DNA of 64,000 bases from Squalus acanthias (taxonomy: Eukaryota). Positions 1-12,489 of the stretch are shown here, one piece after another (positions within the stretch are counted from its first letter, which is position 1; each line of letters opens with the position of its first letter). Below the pieces are notes generated by a model. The model ran no database searches and was not told where the DNA came from. It was given only the letters and a program-made list of their open reading frames with translations. Position numbers and translations under genes: made by a program. Where the stretch lies: positions 124,001 through 188,000 of the forward strand of contig JASTWF010000345.1 of NCBI GenBank assembly GCA_030390025.1, given 5' to 3'.

Positions 1-403
1 ATTAAAACACTTTACACACACCAAACACACTTACCTCTGCACTCATACACCCATCACTCAGCTGTACACCGGACATCTCGACCCCTCCAAGCCCTGCAGA
101 CCGACGGTCCGTCTCGCTAACTTGGCGTGGTTTGGAGCCGTCGGGCAGCCCACACTTCAGGGCTAAAAATAGGGATTAGCCAAAAAAACTGCCTGTTAAC
201 TACCTGTTAACAGGAAGTTAATTGGCACTAATCCCCTTCCCGCCTCGGGGAGGCGGCTCCCAGCACAGGTCGGGTACCCGCCTCCTGGGACATTGGCATG
301 GAGGCGGGTTGGGGGCGGGATGGGTACGTGCCCCCCGAATCTGCAATTTTCCCACCACTCCCGCCTCCAAACCCGCCTCCACGGGGCTTGGAAATTCAAG
401 CCC
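1..403. mobile_element. PIF/Harbinger-type non-autonomous element, one end (cut by window edge)
   Basis: GC-rich subterminal sequence ending AATTCAAGCCC (rc GGGCTTGAATT, like other Harbinger TIRs here) followed by TGA, abutting a CR1 fragment; resembles the end of the 29939 element. Confidence 0.6.
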
Positions 404-406
404 TGA

Positions 407-962
407 GTGTGTCCGCTTCCACCACTTCCGTCAGCAGCGAGTTCCAGGTCCTCACCACTCGTTGCATAAAAAAGTTTTTCCTCACATCCCCCCTGTATCT
501 CTTGCCCAAAACCTTAAATCTGTGTCCCCTAGTCTTTGTACCATCAACTAGTGAGAACAGCCTTTCCCCGTCTAGCCTATCCAAACCCGTCATAATCTTG
601 TACACCTCTATCAAATCACCCCTCAACCTCCTTTGCTCTAATGAAAACAAATCCAGCTTCTCCAACCTGTCCTTGCAGCTAAGATCCCCCATCCCCGGAA
701 CCATTCTGGTAAATCTCCTCTGCACCCTCTCAAGGGCCTTCACATCCTTCCTAAAGTGTGGTGACCAGAACTGGACGCAATACTCCAGTTGTGGCCTAAC
801 CAGCGCTTTATAAAGGTTCAGCATAACTTCTCTACTTTTGTACTCAATACCTCTATTTATGAAACCCAAGATCCCATATGCTTTGTTAACCACTGGCTCA
901 ATATGTCCTGCCACCTTCAGGGACCTATGCACATTAACTCCCAGGTCCCTCTGTCCCTGCAC
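407..962 (-). mobile_element. CR1 LINE ORF2 C-terminal fragment
   Basis: ORF 396..962: RDLGV-VHRSLK, LYKALVRPQLEYCVQFWSP, RRLRGDLIEVYKI, TRGH, RVVRTWNSL motifs. Confidence 0.95.
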
Positions 963-1269
963 AAGTATAGGCAGGCAAACAGTTCAAGAGCACTGTAAAC
1001 AATATACCAGTATTAAATATTATGGCATGAGAAAAGGCAATTTGGCCAATTAAAGCTTATTCACACCGTAATCCATGCACAATTTGTACTTCCGTGGATT
1101 CCATTCAGCTCTGTCAATCTCCTGAGGGATGTAACCCACTACAGGTAAACCTCCACAAAAGATAATGCTGTAAAACTCTCACGGGTCCCTGCAGGCAGTC
1201 AATTCAAATCTGAGAATATTAATTCAATCACACCTGCTCCTTCCGGCTCTACATTCAGATCAGTAAACG

Positions 1270-1529
1270 TTTTCGTGGCTGTTGGTTTGGCTGCTGTTCA
1301 CCTGAGAAAACTGACTGCAGCATCCGCGGCGCCTGTTCGTAATAGGCACTCGATCCTGATTTGCATAGGCAATGGGCCTATCGCCTGTTGCAGGCGGGCA
1401 CTCTGGATGACAAGAGGGCGCTCTAACCAATATGGCTTGGGCGCATACCCAGAGCTGAATGAATGTATGCACATCATATTGGTCCCTTTCGCCTGAAAAA
1501 TGGGCGCTGCCTGATCCAATATCTAGACC
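1270..1529. mobile_element. Harbinger-type MITE remnant
   Basis: Ends in CAATATCTAGACC (rc GGTCTAGATATTG, TIR-like); reverse-complement similarity to the start of the 20759 element (CGCCTGAAAAA/TTTTTCAGGCG). Confidence 0.45.
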
Positions 1530-1725
1530 AGTGAGGTCATGATCTTAGTCATGCCAGCAGAGCTGAGTAGAAGGCAAGGGTACCTTCATGGAGAGGAAAA
1601 CATGAAGGTGGAGTCACCCTAGACCACTCTTGGGCCACTCTAATCCCCTTCCACTCTTTCCCAACATTGTGTTTTCCCACAGTATTGTTCTTTATCCTTC
1701 AGTTATGCTTCTCAATAAAAACAAA

Positions 1726-1884
1726 GAGGGTAATTTTAACCTAACCGCCCGGCGGGAAACTGACAGGATCAGATCAGCCGCCCATTTTAAACCCCATCCC
1801 ATTAACTTCAGTGGAAAGTAAAATTGGACTGGGTGTGAAATGGGCAGCTGATCTGATCCCATCAGTTAGGTTAAAATGACCCCC
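1726..1884. mobile_element. Short palindromic MITE
   Basis: TIR GGGTAATTTTAACCTA...TAGGTTAAAATGACCC plus inner arms GATCAGATCAGCCGCCCATTT / AAATGGGCAGCTGATCTGATC. Confidence 0.8.
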
Positions 1885-2544
1885 AGAGTTAATTGGCACA
1901 GCATCAACTGCTTTGGATGAAATTGATTCCACAAATACGAAGGTAACTGTATAAAGAAACTGATACCTGTGGTTTGATAATTAATTGGCAATAGAAATTT
2001 CTTCCTTCACCAGGTGTGGGATTCTAAAGAAAATAAATTAAACTTGCCTTTTGTCAAAGTTGAAGACGTGGCTACATTTTAAATCATTTTGAATGACTCA
2101 CTGAGAACAGTTATTATATTTCTTGACTGATTAATTGATAACAATTTCTCTACTTTGACTTTTGAGAACAGGGAGCTGTAAATTTTGACTGAGTCATTGA
2201 GAATACTGTACGTTTTAGATGTCATTAAAACAGATACTGTATTGCATTAATCAATTAAAGGGTATATTTTCCACTGTTCACTATTTATAATGAAAAATAT
2301 ATATATCATCATAAAGTAAGGGACACTGCTTTATATTCAGGTCTGCTTTTTCACTAGAAATTATTTTTGACTCCACTATCCTACCAGATGATCATTCCAG
2401 ATAATAGTCACTCTTTGCATCAAGAAGTACTTTGCGACTGGCTGCTATGAGGAAACCAGTCTTTTTGAACTTGATGGACCCTGGGTTTATGTCCCACCAA
2501 ACCATCTGAATTTTGGGACCAAAGTGTCCCCAAAATATACGAAT

Positions 2545-3420
2545 GTATAAGGACAGGTAAAGACCAGCTGGTCTGTCAAGTCTGTCATGGCAATCAAACA
2601 AGTACTAGGAAATGACAGTGACTGAGAGACACATTCCCCAGTGACCCACCTACCTTCTATATGCAGTTACATTGGCCACACTGAGGAATTCATCCAACTA
2701 CCATTTTGAATGTTTGCAGCGAGTCCACAGTCACTGCACATGCTGGCAGCTTGTTCCAGAGGTCGAGGACTGTCTGCGAAAAGAAGTACCTCCTAACAGC
2801 TAACCCAGTCCTATGATTAGATAACTTATACCTATGTCCCTTGGTCGTCCCTAAACTATCTAGCTCAAATAGTCTATTCACATTGACCTTTCATTATTTT
2901 AAAGACCTCAATCAAATCTCCTAGAAGGCTACGCTTTTCGAGAGTAAAAAGTTCGAGTTCTTTAGAGCCTATAAATGACCATGCCCTCTGAACCTCTCCC
3001 AGGGCTTCTATATCACCAACCACCCACCAAAACAGGACAGAGTATTCTAGATGAGGCCTGACCAAGATCTTATACAGAGACAGAATAGTATTGCTTGTTT
3101 TGTATTTTATTGTCCAGGCAATACATTCTAATACTCACAGCACTGGCTATGGACCTTCAATATCTCATGCACTATAACTCGCAGCTCTTTCTCCACCTCA
3201 GCAGCCCTGCATGATGTATACATATTTTCCCTTACCCAAGTGCATAGTGCCACATTTATCTATATTAAAAGACATCTGCCAGATATGGGCACATTTCCCC
3301 CATCACATCTGCCTGCAATCTGTTTTACTCATGGAAATTCTTTACACCCACACAAATCTTTGTATCATCCACAAATTTGTAGACAGTTCCTCGACACCTT
3401 CATCCAGATCATTGGTACAG
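2545..3420 (-). mobile_element. Old, degraded CR1 LINE 3' part
   Basis: ORFs 2874..3065 ([26 protein letters not shown]) and 2690..2881 (TKGHRYKL, FFSQTVLDLWNKLP). Confidence 0.85.
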
Positions 3421-4360
3421 TGCTCTGACCTTGCCTCCAAAGTCTGGGCGGTGTCAGTATCTAAGCTGGAGCTTGAGAGAGTCAGATCAAGTGACGGTGC
3501 ACCTTCAGGAACATTGCGCTCCTCTTCCTCCACTGGCTGAGGGCATTAACAATCTGAAATGAAAGAAAGGAACAAATGCTAGCTTGTGGTGTGAGGGAGA
3601 GCAAAGAGAAACAAGTGAGTGTTGAAAGCATCTGCAGCTTGTTATGCAGAGTGTGTGGGGTAAGGGAGAAGTCAGAAGAGACAAAGAGGATTATGTCTAA
3701 AGAAATCCTGTGTGGTGCCTCCTCCAGCGTTGCCAGTGGACACGGCCTCCACTCTGCCCCTTCCCATTATAGCCAGGACGCTCTATTCAAGGGGGGAGAG
3801 AGTGTGCAGATGGGCTCTTCCTCCTCTGGTGGCAGCCTGTTGCCTTATATTGTGTACGACCTTCTCCTGCAAGAAAGAGTGAAGTCTGTTAGTGAGAGTC
3901 TTGTGAGGAAATTGGACAATGTGGCTGTCATAGGAGAATAGCTGATAGTGTGTGAGATGTGAATTGTGGTTAAATGAGGGTTGTAATAGCGGTGAGTGTG
4001 TGAACATGAGGAGAAGGGTGTTTAGTGCAGTGTGGTGCAGTGATTGCAGGACAGTGCAGGGTAGTGGGGGAGGGCAATGTTGTACGTGTTGTAATTAATG
4101 AGGCTGTGAGTGGTGCAGTTGTGATAAGAAAGTATTTTAGCAGTCTTCTTACCTTAACAACTCGAGTTAAATTATTGAATTGGGGCAATGCTCCTGGCAT
4201 TGATGTTCTCAGCAATCTCTTCCCACTGACTCCTGAGTAAATGGCTGGAGGGTTTGCTGCAACCAAGGAGTGGATAAAGGATGTCCCTTCTCCTCTCCAC
4301 TGTCTGCACCAGTGCAGCATCAGAGAATCTTGGTGCCTGTTCGCTCCCTCATTCAGCCAT
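3420..4360 (-). pseudogene. Harbinger Myb/SANT-like DNA-binding protein gene, three exons, disrupted
   Basis: Exon 1 4360-4153: MAE*GSEQAPRFSDAALVQTVERRRDILYP...QWEEIAENINARSIAP//FNNLTRVVK|gtaag. Exon 2 from 3866 (ttgcag|EKVVHNIRQQAATRGG). Exon 3 from 3553 (tttcag|...EEEERNVPEGAPSLDLTL). In-frame stops and a deletion. Confidence 0.8.
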
Positions 4361-4644
4361 TTCTTAATCAGGTTCTTGCACAGTCTTTGCGGCCAAAATG
4401 CACCACCCCTTTAAGTGGTGCTGGCTGCCTTTAAGTAGTGTCCTGGAATCCTGATATCGGCCACCCGCCCCGATAGGCGTGCAGCCAATGAATAGCTGCT
4501 GGGTAGCGTTGGCTGCACTCGCAAATCGTTTTTATTAGCAGGCAGTATAGATAGTGCGTGCTGCCTGCATTGGTAGAAAATGGCACGGATCGTCGCATTC
4601 CCAGTCCCACCCCCCGCTTTCAGGCACAATCCAATTTCTAGGCC
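3420..4644 (-). mobile_element. PIF/Harbinger transposon remnant (one TIR plus Myb/SANT gene)
   Basis: TIR CCAATTTCTAGGCC ends at 4644 followed by TAG; contains a spliced Myb-like gene; other end truncated at the CR1. Confidence 0.8.
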
Positions 4645-5481
4645 TAGATTTCCAAAATGATGATTTCTAGAGAGTTCCAATGAGTGGACCTAATTTCAAA
4701 AGCTTATAACGGTGAGCACTGATAGCCTCTTACCACAAAATCTGGACCATTGTACTTATGTTTATCAAAATTGTACTTGTAGTATTTTCAGATTTTTGTG
4801 CTTCATATTAGTATTATATTTGAATAAAGATATTGGTTGTTTCAGTCTGTAAACCTCTAGCTGTCTGATGATATCTAACATTTCAAGGAGAATTTGTAGT
4901 GTGATGTAATTGTTAACTCCTTGCGTATGCAGCTTTGCAAGGGCAGCTCTTGTGGATTGTGAGGGCAAAGTTCCCTAATAGGAACAGCTGTCCTACTGTT
5001 GAAAGAGACAGTGCTAAAAACCCACAATTGTAACATCATAGGTAGTGTGAGCGAATGAAACATATAAGTTAAACATTTAGTTTTCTTTTATTTGAATTTT
5101 TATGTGGGTGGAAGTCCTTTTTTACAGGGCAAAAATCATAAATGAAAGGGAGATAAGTGCACCTTCTATATACATTTATCTTTGTTTATTTTTCTTTGTT
5201 GTCTGTTGCTAAATGTGCTAGCCAATCTGAAAAAGTCATGTATTTAACTCAACTGCTCAAAAAGTAAACTCCAAGGGGGAAAAATTCAGTTGCTTTGCGC
5301 CTCCGGCGCTAACGGGGCGCAAAGCAACTGGCACCCGGACGTGGCGCTGCCCACACCTCCCGCAAAATTCAGCGGGAGGTTAGCGGTGGCAGTAACCGGT
5401 AGCGCCCCGCGGCGCTGCGCCACCGGCGATGATGTCATCACCATGTGCAGCGCCCTGCTCGCGCCCTGGCCGCTGTCGGGA

Positions 5482-8400
5482 GCGGAGAGAGCAGCAGCAC
5501 AGTGAGTATTTAAACTCACTTTCGCGGGCTTTTTTTCAGTGGCTTACCAATCTCACAGACCGGCGGCGGCGTTTCAGAGCCACGTCACAATTCAAAAAGT
5601 GACGCGGACAAGAGGAAGCAGCTGATTGGGTGAGTAGGGCCAGGGGAGTGTTTGCTAGTGCTGTTGGGGAGGGTTTAAACTAAAATGGCAGGGGGTTGGG
5701 AACCTGTGCAGGGAAACAGAGGAAAGGGAAGCAAGGATAGAAACAAAAGACAGGAAGGAGAAAAGCAAAAGTGGAAGGCAGAGAAATCAAGGGTGTAAAT
5801 CAAACAGGGCCACAGTAAATAATAATTCTAAAAGGACTAAGAGTGTTAAAAAACAAGCCTGAAGGCTTTGTGTCTTAATGCGAGGAGCATTCGTAATAAG
5901 GTGGATGAATTAGCTGCGCAAATAGATGTAAACGGATATGATATAATTGGGATTACGGAGACATGGCTTCAGGGTGACCAAGGCTGGAATTCAACATCCA
6001 GGGGTATTTAATATTCAGGAAGGACAGACAAAAAGGAAAAGGAGGTGGGGTAGCATTGCTGGTTAAAGAGGCGATTAACACAATAGTAAGGAAGGATATT
6101 AGCTCTGATGATGTAGAATCTGTATGGGTAGAGCTGAGAAATACCAAGGGGCAGAAAACGTTAGTGGGAGTTGTATACAGACCCCCAAACAGTAATGCTG
6201 AGGTTGGGGATGGCATTAAACGGGAAATTAGAGACGCGTGCAATAAGGGCACAGCAGTTATCATGGGTGACTTTAATCTACATATAGATTGGGCTAACCA
6301 AATTAGTAACAATACTGTGGAGGAGGAATTCCTACAGTGTATACGGGATGGTTTCCTGGACCAATATGTCGAGGAACCAACTAGAGATCAGGCCATCTTA
6401 GACTGGGTATTATGTAATGAGAAAGGATTAATTAGCAATCTTGTTGTGCGAGGCCCCTTGGGGAGAAGCGATCATAATATGATAGAATTCTTCATTGAGA
6501 TGGAGAGTGAAGTTGTTGATTCAGAGACTAGGGTCCTGAATTTAAATAAAGGAAACTACGATGGTATGAGACGCAAGTTGGCTAGGATTGATTGGGGAGC
6601 GTTACTTAAAGGGTTGACGGTGGATAGGCAATGGCAAACATTTAAAGATCACATGGATGAACTACAGAATTTGTTCATCCCTGTTTGGCATAAAAATAAA
6701 ACAAAAAAGGTGACTCAACCGTGGCTAACAACGGAAATTAGGGATAGCATAAGATCCAAGGAGAGGACATATAAATTGGCCAGAAAAAGCAGCAAACCTG
6801 AGGATTGGGAAAAGTTTAGGATTCAGCAAAAGAGGACAAAGGGATTAATTAAGAGGGGGGAAATAGAATATGAGAGTAAGCTTGCTGGGAACATAAAAAT
6901 TGACTGTAAAAGCTTCTATAGATATGTGAAGAGAAAAAGATTGGTGAAGTCAAGCGTAGGTCCCTTGCAGTCAGAATCAGGGGAATTTATAATGGGGAAC
7001 AAAGAAATGGTAGACCAATTAAATACATACTTTGGTTCTGTCTTCACAAAGGAGGACACAAATAAACTTCCAGAGATGTCAGGGAACATAGGGTATAATG
7101 AGAGGGAGGAATTGAATGAAATCAGTATTTATAGGGAAATGGTGTTAGGGAAATTGACAAGATTGAAGGCCGATAAATCCCCAGGGCCTGATAATCTACA
7201 TCCTAGGGTACTTAAGGAAGTGGCCCTAGAAATAGTAGATGCATTGCTGGTCATCTTCCAAAATTCTATAGACTCTGGAACAGTTCCCATGGATTGGAGG
7301 GTAGCTAATGTAACCCCACTATTTAAAAAAGGTGGTAGAGAAAAAACGGGGAATTATAGACCGGTAAGCCTGACATCGGTAGTGGTCAAAATGTTAGAGT
7401 CCATTATAAAAGATGTAATAGCAGAGCACTTGGAAAACAGTGACAGGATCGGACAAAGTCAACATGGATTTACAAAAGGTAAATCATGCCTGACTAATCT
7501 ACTGGAATTTTTTGAGGATGTACCTGGTAGAATAGATAAGGGAGAAATAGTGGATGTGGTGTATTTGGACTTTCAGAAGGCTTTTGATAAGGTCCCGCAT
7601 AGGAGATTAGCGTGCAAAGTTAAAGCACATGGGATTGGAGGTAAGGTACTGATTTGGATAGAGAACTGGTTGGCAGACAGGAAGCAAAGAGTTGGAATAA
7701 ACGGGTCTTTTTCCGAGTGGCAGGCAAGGACTAGTGGGGTACCGCAGGGATCGGTGCTAGGACCCTAGCTAATCACAATATATATTAATGATCTAGACGA
7801 GGGAACTAGATGTAATATCTCTAAGTTTGCAGATGACACAAAGCTGGGTGGGTGTGTGTGCTGTGAGAAGGATGCAGAGAAACTCCAGTATGATTTGGAC
7901 AGGTTGGGTGATTGGGCAGATGCATGGCAGATGCAGTATAATGTGGATAAATGCGAGGTTCTCCACTTCGGTGGCAAAAACAGGAAGACAGATTATTATC
8001 TGACGGCAATAGATTGGGAAAAGGGGAAGTGCAACGAGATCTGGGAGTCTTTGTGCATCAGTCACTGAAGGTAAGCATGCAGGTGCAGCAGGCGGTTAAG
8101 AAGACAAATGGTATGTTGGCCTTCATTGCGAGAGGATTTCAGTACAGGAGCAAGGATGTCTTGCTGCAGTTGTACAATGCCTTGGTGAGACCACACCTTG
8201 AGTATTGTGTGCAGTTTTGGTCGCCTTATCTGAGGAAGGATGTTCTTGCCATGGAGGGAGTGCAGCGAAGATTTACCAGACTGATACCTGGGATGGCAGG
8301 AATGACGTATGAAGAGAGATTGGGTCGATTAGGCTTATATTCGCTAGAGTTTAGAAGAATGAGAGGGGATCTCATTGAAACTTAAAAAATTCTAACAGGA

Positions 8401-8766
8401 CTAGACAGACTAGATGCAGGAAGGATGTTCCCGATGGCGGGGGAGTCCAGAACCAGGGGTCACAGTCTAAGGATAAGGGGTAAGCCATTTAGGACTGAGA
8501 TGAGGAGGAATTTCTTCACCCAGAGAGTGGTGAACCTGTGGAATTCTCTACCACAGAAGGCAGTTGAGGCCAATTCATTAAATATATTCAAGAAGGAGAT
8601 AGATATATTTCTTAAGGCTAAAGGGATCAAGGGATATGGGGAGAAAGCGGGGACAGGGTACTGAATTTGGATGATCAGCCATGATCTCATTAAATGGCGG
8701 AGCAGGCTCGAGGGGCCGAATGGCCTACTCCTGCTCCTATCTTCTATGCCTCCTATCTTCTATGCT
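5482..8766 (+). mobile_element. CR1 LINE with putative 5' UTR, ORF1 almost entirely missing, near-complete ORF2 and 3' tail
   Basis: Flanked by TCGGGA duplication (5476-5481, 8767-8772); ORF1 end GVFASAVGEGLN* at ~5645-5683; 3' hairpin and CTTCTATG tail. Confidence 0.95.
5685..8664 (+). pseudogene. CR1 ORF2 (APE endonuclease + reverse transcriptase), frameshifts and premature stops
   Basis: ORF 6056..7768 570 aa ([32 protein letters not shown]) then KFADDTK; ORFs 7951..8385 and 8425..8664 continue it. Confidence 0.95.
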
Positions 8767-9634
8767 TCGGGATCGCCCCCTGACTGACGCTATGTCTGAC
8801 GGCGTCGGGGGGCCTACCTGCGGCCGGGGAGGCGCTATTTAAAGGCAAGATGCGGGGTGGCCATTTTTGTTACTGGCCGCCTGCCAGCACCTGCCTGCAC
8901 TCCCGTCCCTGGCCACCTGAACCGCCCCCCCCTGCGGAGTGACGGCTGCGCTGCAAGAGCCCAGCACTTCTCTTGAGTGCCGGGCTCTTTTGCCGGTACT
9001 CCCAATCCCCGGGGGCCCAGCTGGGCCCCGGGTCGCGCTGCGCAAGGCCCCTCCCCTTTAAGAAGGGGAGGAAGGCCTGCAATACCGCGGCACATAGCGC
9101 CGCGATATTCCCTCTTGGGGCGCTACCACTCAATTTCCGTCGCGGGGGCGCTAATTTTTCCGGCGCGCTAAAAGCAGCGCCCAAAAGGGGGCGCTACTCA
9201 GTTTTTAGCCCCAAAACATCAACTTCTCAATGAAGCCATTTGGAAGCTTTGAAAGGTTGAGGACTCTGCCCTAAGATTTTGGCGGCTATCAAGAAAATCA
9301 TTCAGTTTGAGAATATCACAATTTGACCTGTTTGCCCTGATAGACGTAGATACTTGGAAAATGAGGGTATTAATGGGTATGATAACAAATTCACTGATAG
9401 CACATTACCAGCAGAGAACCTCACTCACGGGAAGTATCGGTTGACAATAGGCCTACAACACTGTAGTGCCAATTCTCAAACTCATGCTATCTTCAAGCAT
9501 GACTCTCCATTGGGATTACGGGATCGATGAGTTTAATCTATTAAGTCAAGGCAAGGAATTGGGATTAAAAAGATGGAGTAGAGCAGGTTCGATGGGCTGA
9601 ATGGCCTACCCATGTTATTATGTTCTGTCTTTCT

Positions 9635-9920
9635 GATTTGACATTAAACTGAGAGTCCATGGCTATCTGCTCAGGTGGGTGTAAAAGCTCCTATGCAATA
9701 TACGAAGAAGAGCAGGGAGTTCCTCAGATGTCCTGGCTATCAATCATCCCTCAAACACTGCCAAAAACAGATGATCTGGACACTTATTTACTTGCTGTGC
9801 ACAAATTATATGCTGTGTTTGCCTACTTAACAACAGTGACTACACTTCAAAAAGTAATTCATTGGCTACGAAGCACTTTGGGGATGTAAAAAAGAACCAT
9901 ATAAATGCAAGTTCTTTTTC
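9635..9920 (+). mobile_element. Deu-domain SINE, 5'-truncated
   Basis: GAAGAAGAGCAGGGAGTT...TCCCTCAA...ACAACAGTGACTACACTTCAAAAAGTAATTCATTGGCT...ATAAATGCAAGT matches the 11057 copy. Confidence 0.8.
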
Positions 9921-10054
9921 TTAAGCCAGTGTGGTGAGCAGAAAGCAAGGTTTTATTTTAATGGAGATGTTGCCACAGCTTGTAACTCTGTATGTTTTCC
10001 ATATACTTTGGAGGTGATCATTTGTTAGGATACTGGTCTATAGCTACTCTTTCT

Positions 10055-10217
10055 ATAGATAGATTTCTAGACGCAAAAGGCATCAAGGGGTATGGGGAGA
10101 GAGCGGAATATGGTATTGAGATAGAGGATCAGCCATGATCATATTGAATGGCGGAGCAGACTCGAAGGGCCGAATGGCCTACTCCTGCTCCTATTTTTCG
10201 ATGTTTCTATGTTTCTA
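10055..10217 (+). mobile_element. CR1 3' terminal fragment
   Basis: GGCATCAAGGGGTATGG...GATCAGCCATGATC...GGCCGAATGGCCTACTCCTGCTCC followed by (TTTCTATG)n. Confidence 0.9.
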
Positions 10218-11433
10218 CTAAGGTCTGGATTTGTAGACAGCCTCAGTATTGGTTGTTCATACTCAGATGGGATAACAGTGGCTGAGAGGGATAACTTAAA
10301 CTGACAAAAAAAGGAACAGCTAGTTAAAATGTCAACTAGATGCCCAACAGCATCCCCTATTTTATATAAATAGGCAGAGACTAATTTGCTGGCCACATGA
10401 ACTGAGGGCTGTATAAATAATAATACCCAGCTTGATTTTATTTTGGTTGGAGCAAAAACATCTGAGTCTAACTTGTCTACGAAAATAAAACTAAATAGCT
10501 ATGTTTGATAAATCGAATGATATGGATTTGTTGTAAAGCATTTTCCACCTTAATTTTGCAGCCTAATTTTTCTGAGGAACTCACCCACTGCTAGTGCATA
10601 TCGGAAACTGTAGAAACTGTAATTTTCTGTTATTAAATATTCCTCACTACTGGTGCATATTTGTAAAATACAACTCATCCTAAAAGTATACTGATTTGGA
10701 GGGTGCTGGTGTGGATCAGATTATTAAGGGATATTTACTTGTGATCAACACCAATGCTCAGCCAAGCATCTATGCCAACATGTAAAGGGACAAGCCTTCC
10801 CCTCTTTATTACCCAGCTCAAAGTTAGATGTACACAAAGCACGTTAACTGAGAAATATAAAAGGCAGATTATTAAACAGCAAATACGTGCACGTGAGAAA
10901 TACAACAGGCTAGAGAAAGGACAGCAAGATTTAAAAATCGAAACAAATTTCGCCAGGCCTGGTTTTCCTCCCATAAGGTATAACTTGGAGACAAAGGCTT
11001 TATCAATCTGTCACTCAAACTTTGTGCTAGTAGAACCCTTCCCCCACAATTGACAAGTGTCAGCCGTGGCTCAGTTGGTAGCAGCCTCACCCTTGAGTCG
11101 GCAGGTTGTGGGTTCAAGTCCCACGCCAGAGACTTGAGCACAAAGATCTAGGCTGACACTCCAGTGCAGTACTGAGGGAGTGCTGCGCTGTCGGAGGTGC
11201 CATCTTTCAGATGAGATGTTAAACCGAGGCCCCGTCTGCCTGCGCAGGTGGATGTAAAAGATCCCATGGCACTATTTCGAAGAAGAGCAGGGGAGTTATC
11301 ACTGGTGTCCTGGCCAATATTTATCCCTCAATCAACATCACTAAAACAGATTATCTGGTCATTATCACATTGCTGTTTGTGTGAGCTTGCTATGTGCAAT
11401 TTGACTGCCACGTTTCCTACATTACAACAGTGA

Positions 11434-12489
11434 GTCATAGAATCATAACGGCACAGAAGGAGGCCATTCGGCCCATCGAGTCCGTGCCGGCTCTCTGTAG
11501 AGCAATCCAGTCAGTCCCATTCCCCTGCTCTATCCCCGCAGCCCTGCAAGTTTATTTCCTCAAGTGCCTATCCAGTCTCCCCTTGAAAACATTGAGGCCT
11601 AAAAATTCGGTTGCTTTGCGCCCCGTTAGCGCCCTCTTAGGCCAGGCGCGGCGCCACCAACGCCTCCTGCAAAATTCAGCGGGAGGTTAGCGGCAGCGGT
11701 AACCATTAGCGCCCCGTGGTGTTGCGCTGCCGGCGATAACGTCAGCGACCCGGCCGCGATCTTCGGTAGCGCCCCCTGATTTACTGCCAGACACTATGTC
11801 CGATGGGGTCAGGGGGGCCTTTCTGCGGCTGGGGTGGCAATAATTAAAGGCAAGGTGCCGGGGGGCCATTTTTGTTGCTGGCCGCCTGCCAGCATCTGCC
11901 CCCGTTGCCGTCCCCGGCCTCCTGACCAGCCCCCCCGCGGAGTGCTGACTGCGCTCCGTGAGCCCGACACTTCTCTCCAGCTGTGCCCCTGGTCATGCTT
12001 CGCAAGGCCCCTCCCCTGTAAGAAGGGGAGGAAGGCCTGCAGTACCGCGGCACGTAGCGCAGTGATATTCCCTCGCAGTGCCCCAAGAGGGAGGTGGGGC
12101 GCTTCCAGTAGCTCCCCGCTTCCCTCTTGGGGCGCTACCGATGAATTTCGGCCACGGGGGTGCTACCGGCAAAGTTAGCGCCCCAAAAGGGGCGCGACTC
12201 AATTTTTCCCCCAGTGTCTCCGCTTCCACCACTTCCATCGGCAGCGAGTTCCAGGTCATCACCACTTGCTGTGTAAAAAAGTTTTTTTCTCACATCCCCC
12301 CTGTATCTCTTGCCCGAAACCTTAAATCTGTGTCCCCTAGTCCTTGTACCATCAACTAGTGGGAACAGCCTTTCCCCGTCTAGCCTATCCAAACCCGTCA
12401 TAATCTTGTACACCTCCATCAAATCACCCCTCAATCTCCTTTGCTCTAATGAAAACAAATCCAGCTTCGCCAACCTGTCCTTGCAGCTA
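11434..12489 (-). mobile_element. CR1 3' fragment inserted in the SINE
   Basis: rc tail CATAGAATCATA at 11436; ORF 12135..12473 LFSLEQRRLRGDLMEVYKI; very similar to 407-680. Confidence 0.95.
11596..12212. mobile_element. Harbinger-type MITE inserted in the CR1
   Basis: TIRs GGCCTAAAAATTCGGT / rc GGGGGAAAAATTGAGT; inserted after TGA; same family as 5275-9211. Confidence 0.9.

Larger units (their letters stand above)
5275..9211. mobile_element. Harbinger-type MITE (~650 bp) split by a CR1 insertion
   Basis: Imperfect TIRs GGGGGAAAAATTCAGT / rc GGGCTAAAAACTGAGT; 3-bp TSD CAA (5272-5274, 9212-9214); both halves collinear with the 11596-12212 copy. Confidence 0.9.

Noticed and set aside
2388..2570. 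Protein-looking frames near AG/GT signals
   Set aside because: Stops in the candidate frames; adjacent sequence is probably an old CR1 tail
8770..9211. CpG island / promoter and its overlapping ORFs
   Set aside because: GC/CpG richness is explained by the MITE family repeated at 11596 and 34483
10754..11053. 99-aa ORF in unique sequence
   Set aside because: No recognisable motif or convincing splice signals
11057..11135. tRNA gene
   Set aside because: It is the head of a SINE, continuous with the SINE body; the same applies to 48400-48502 (LINE head)
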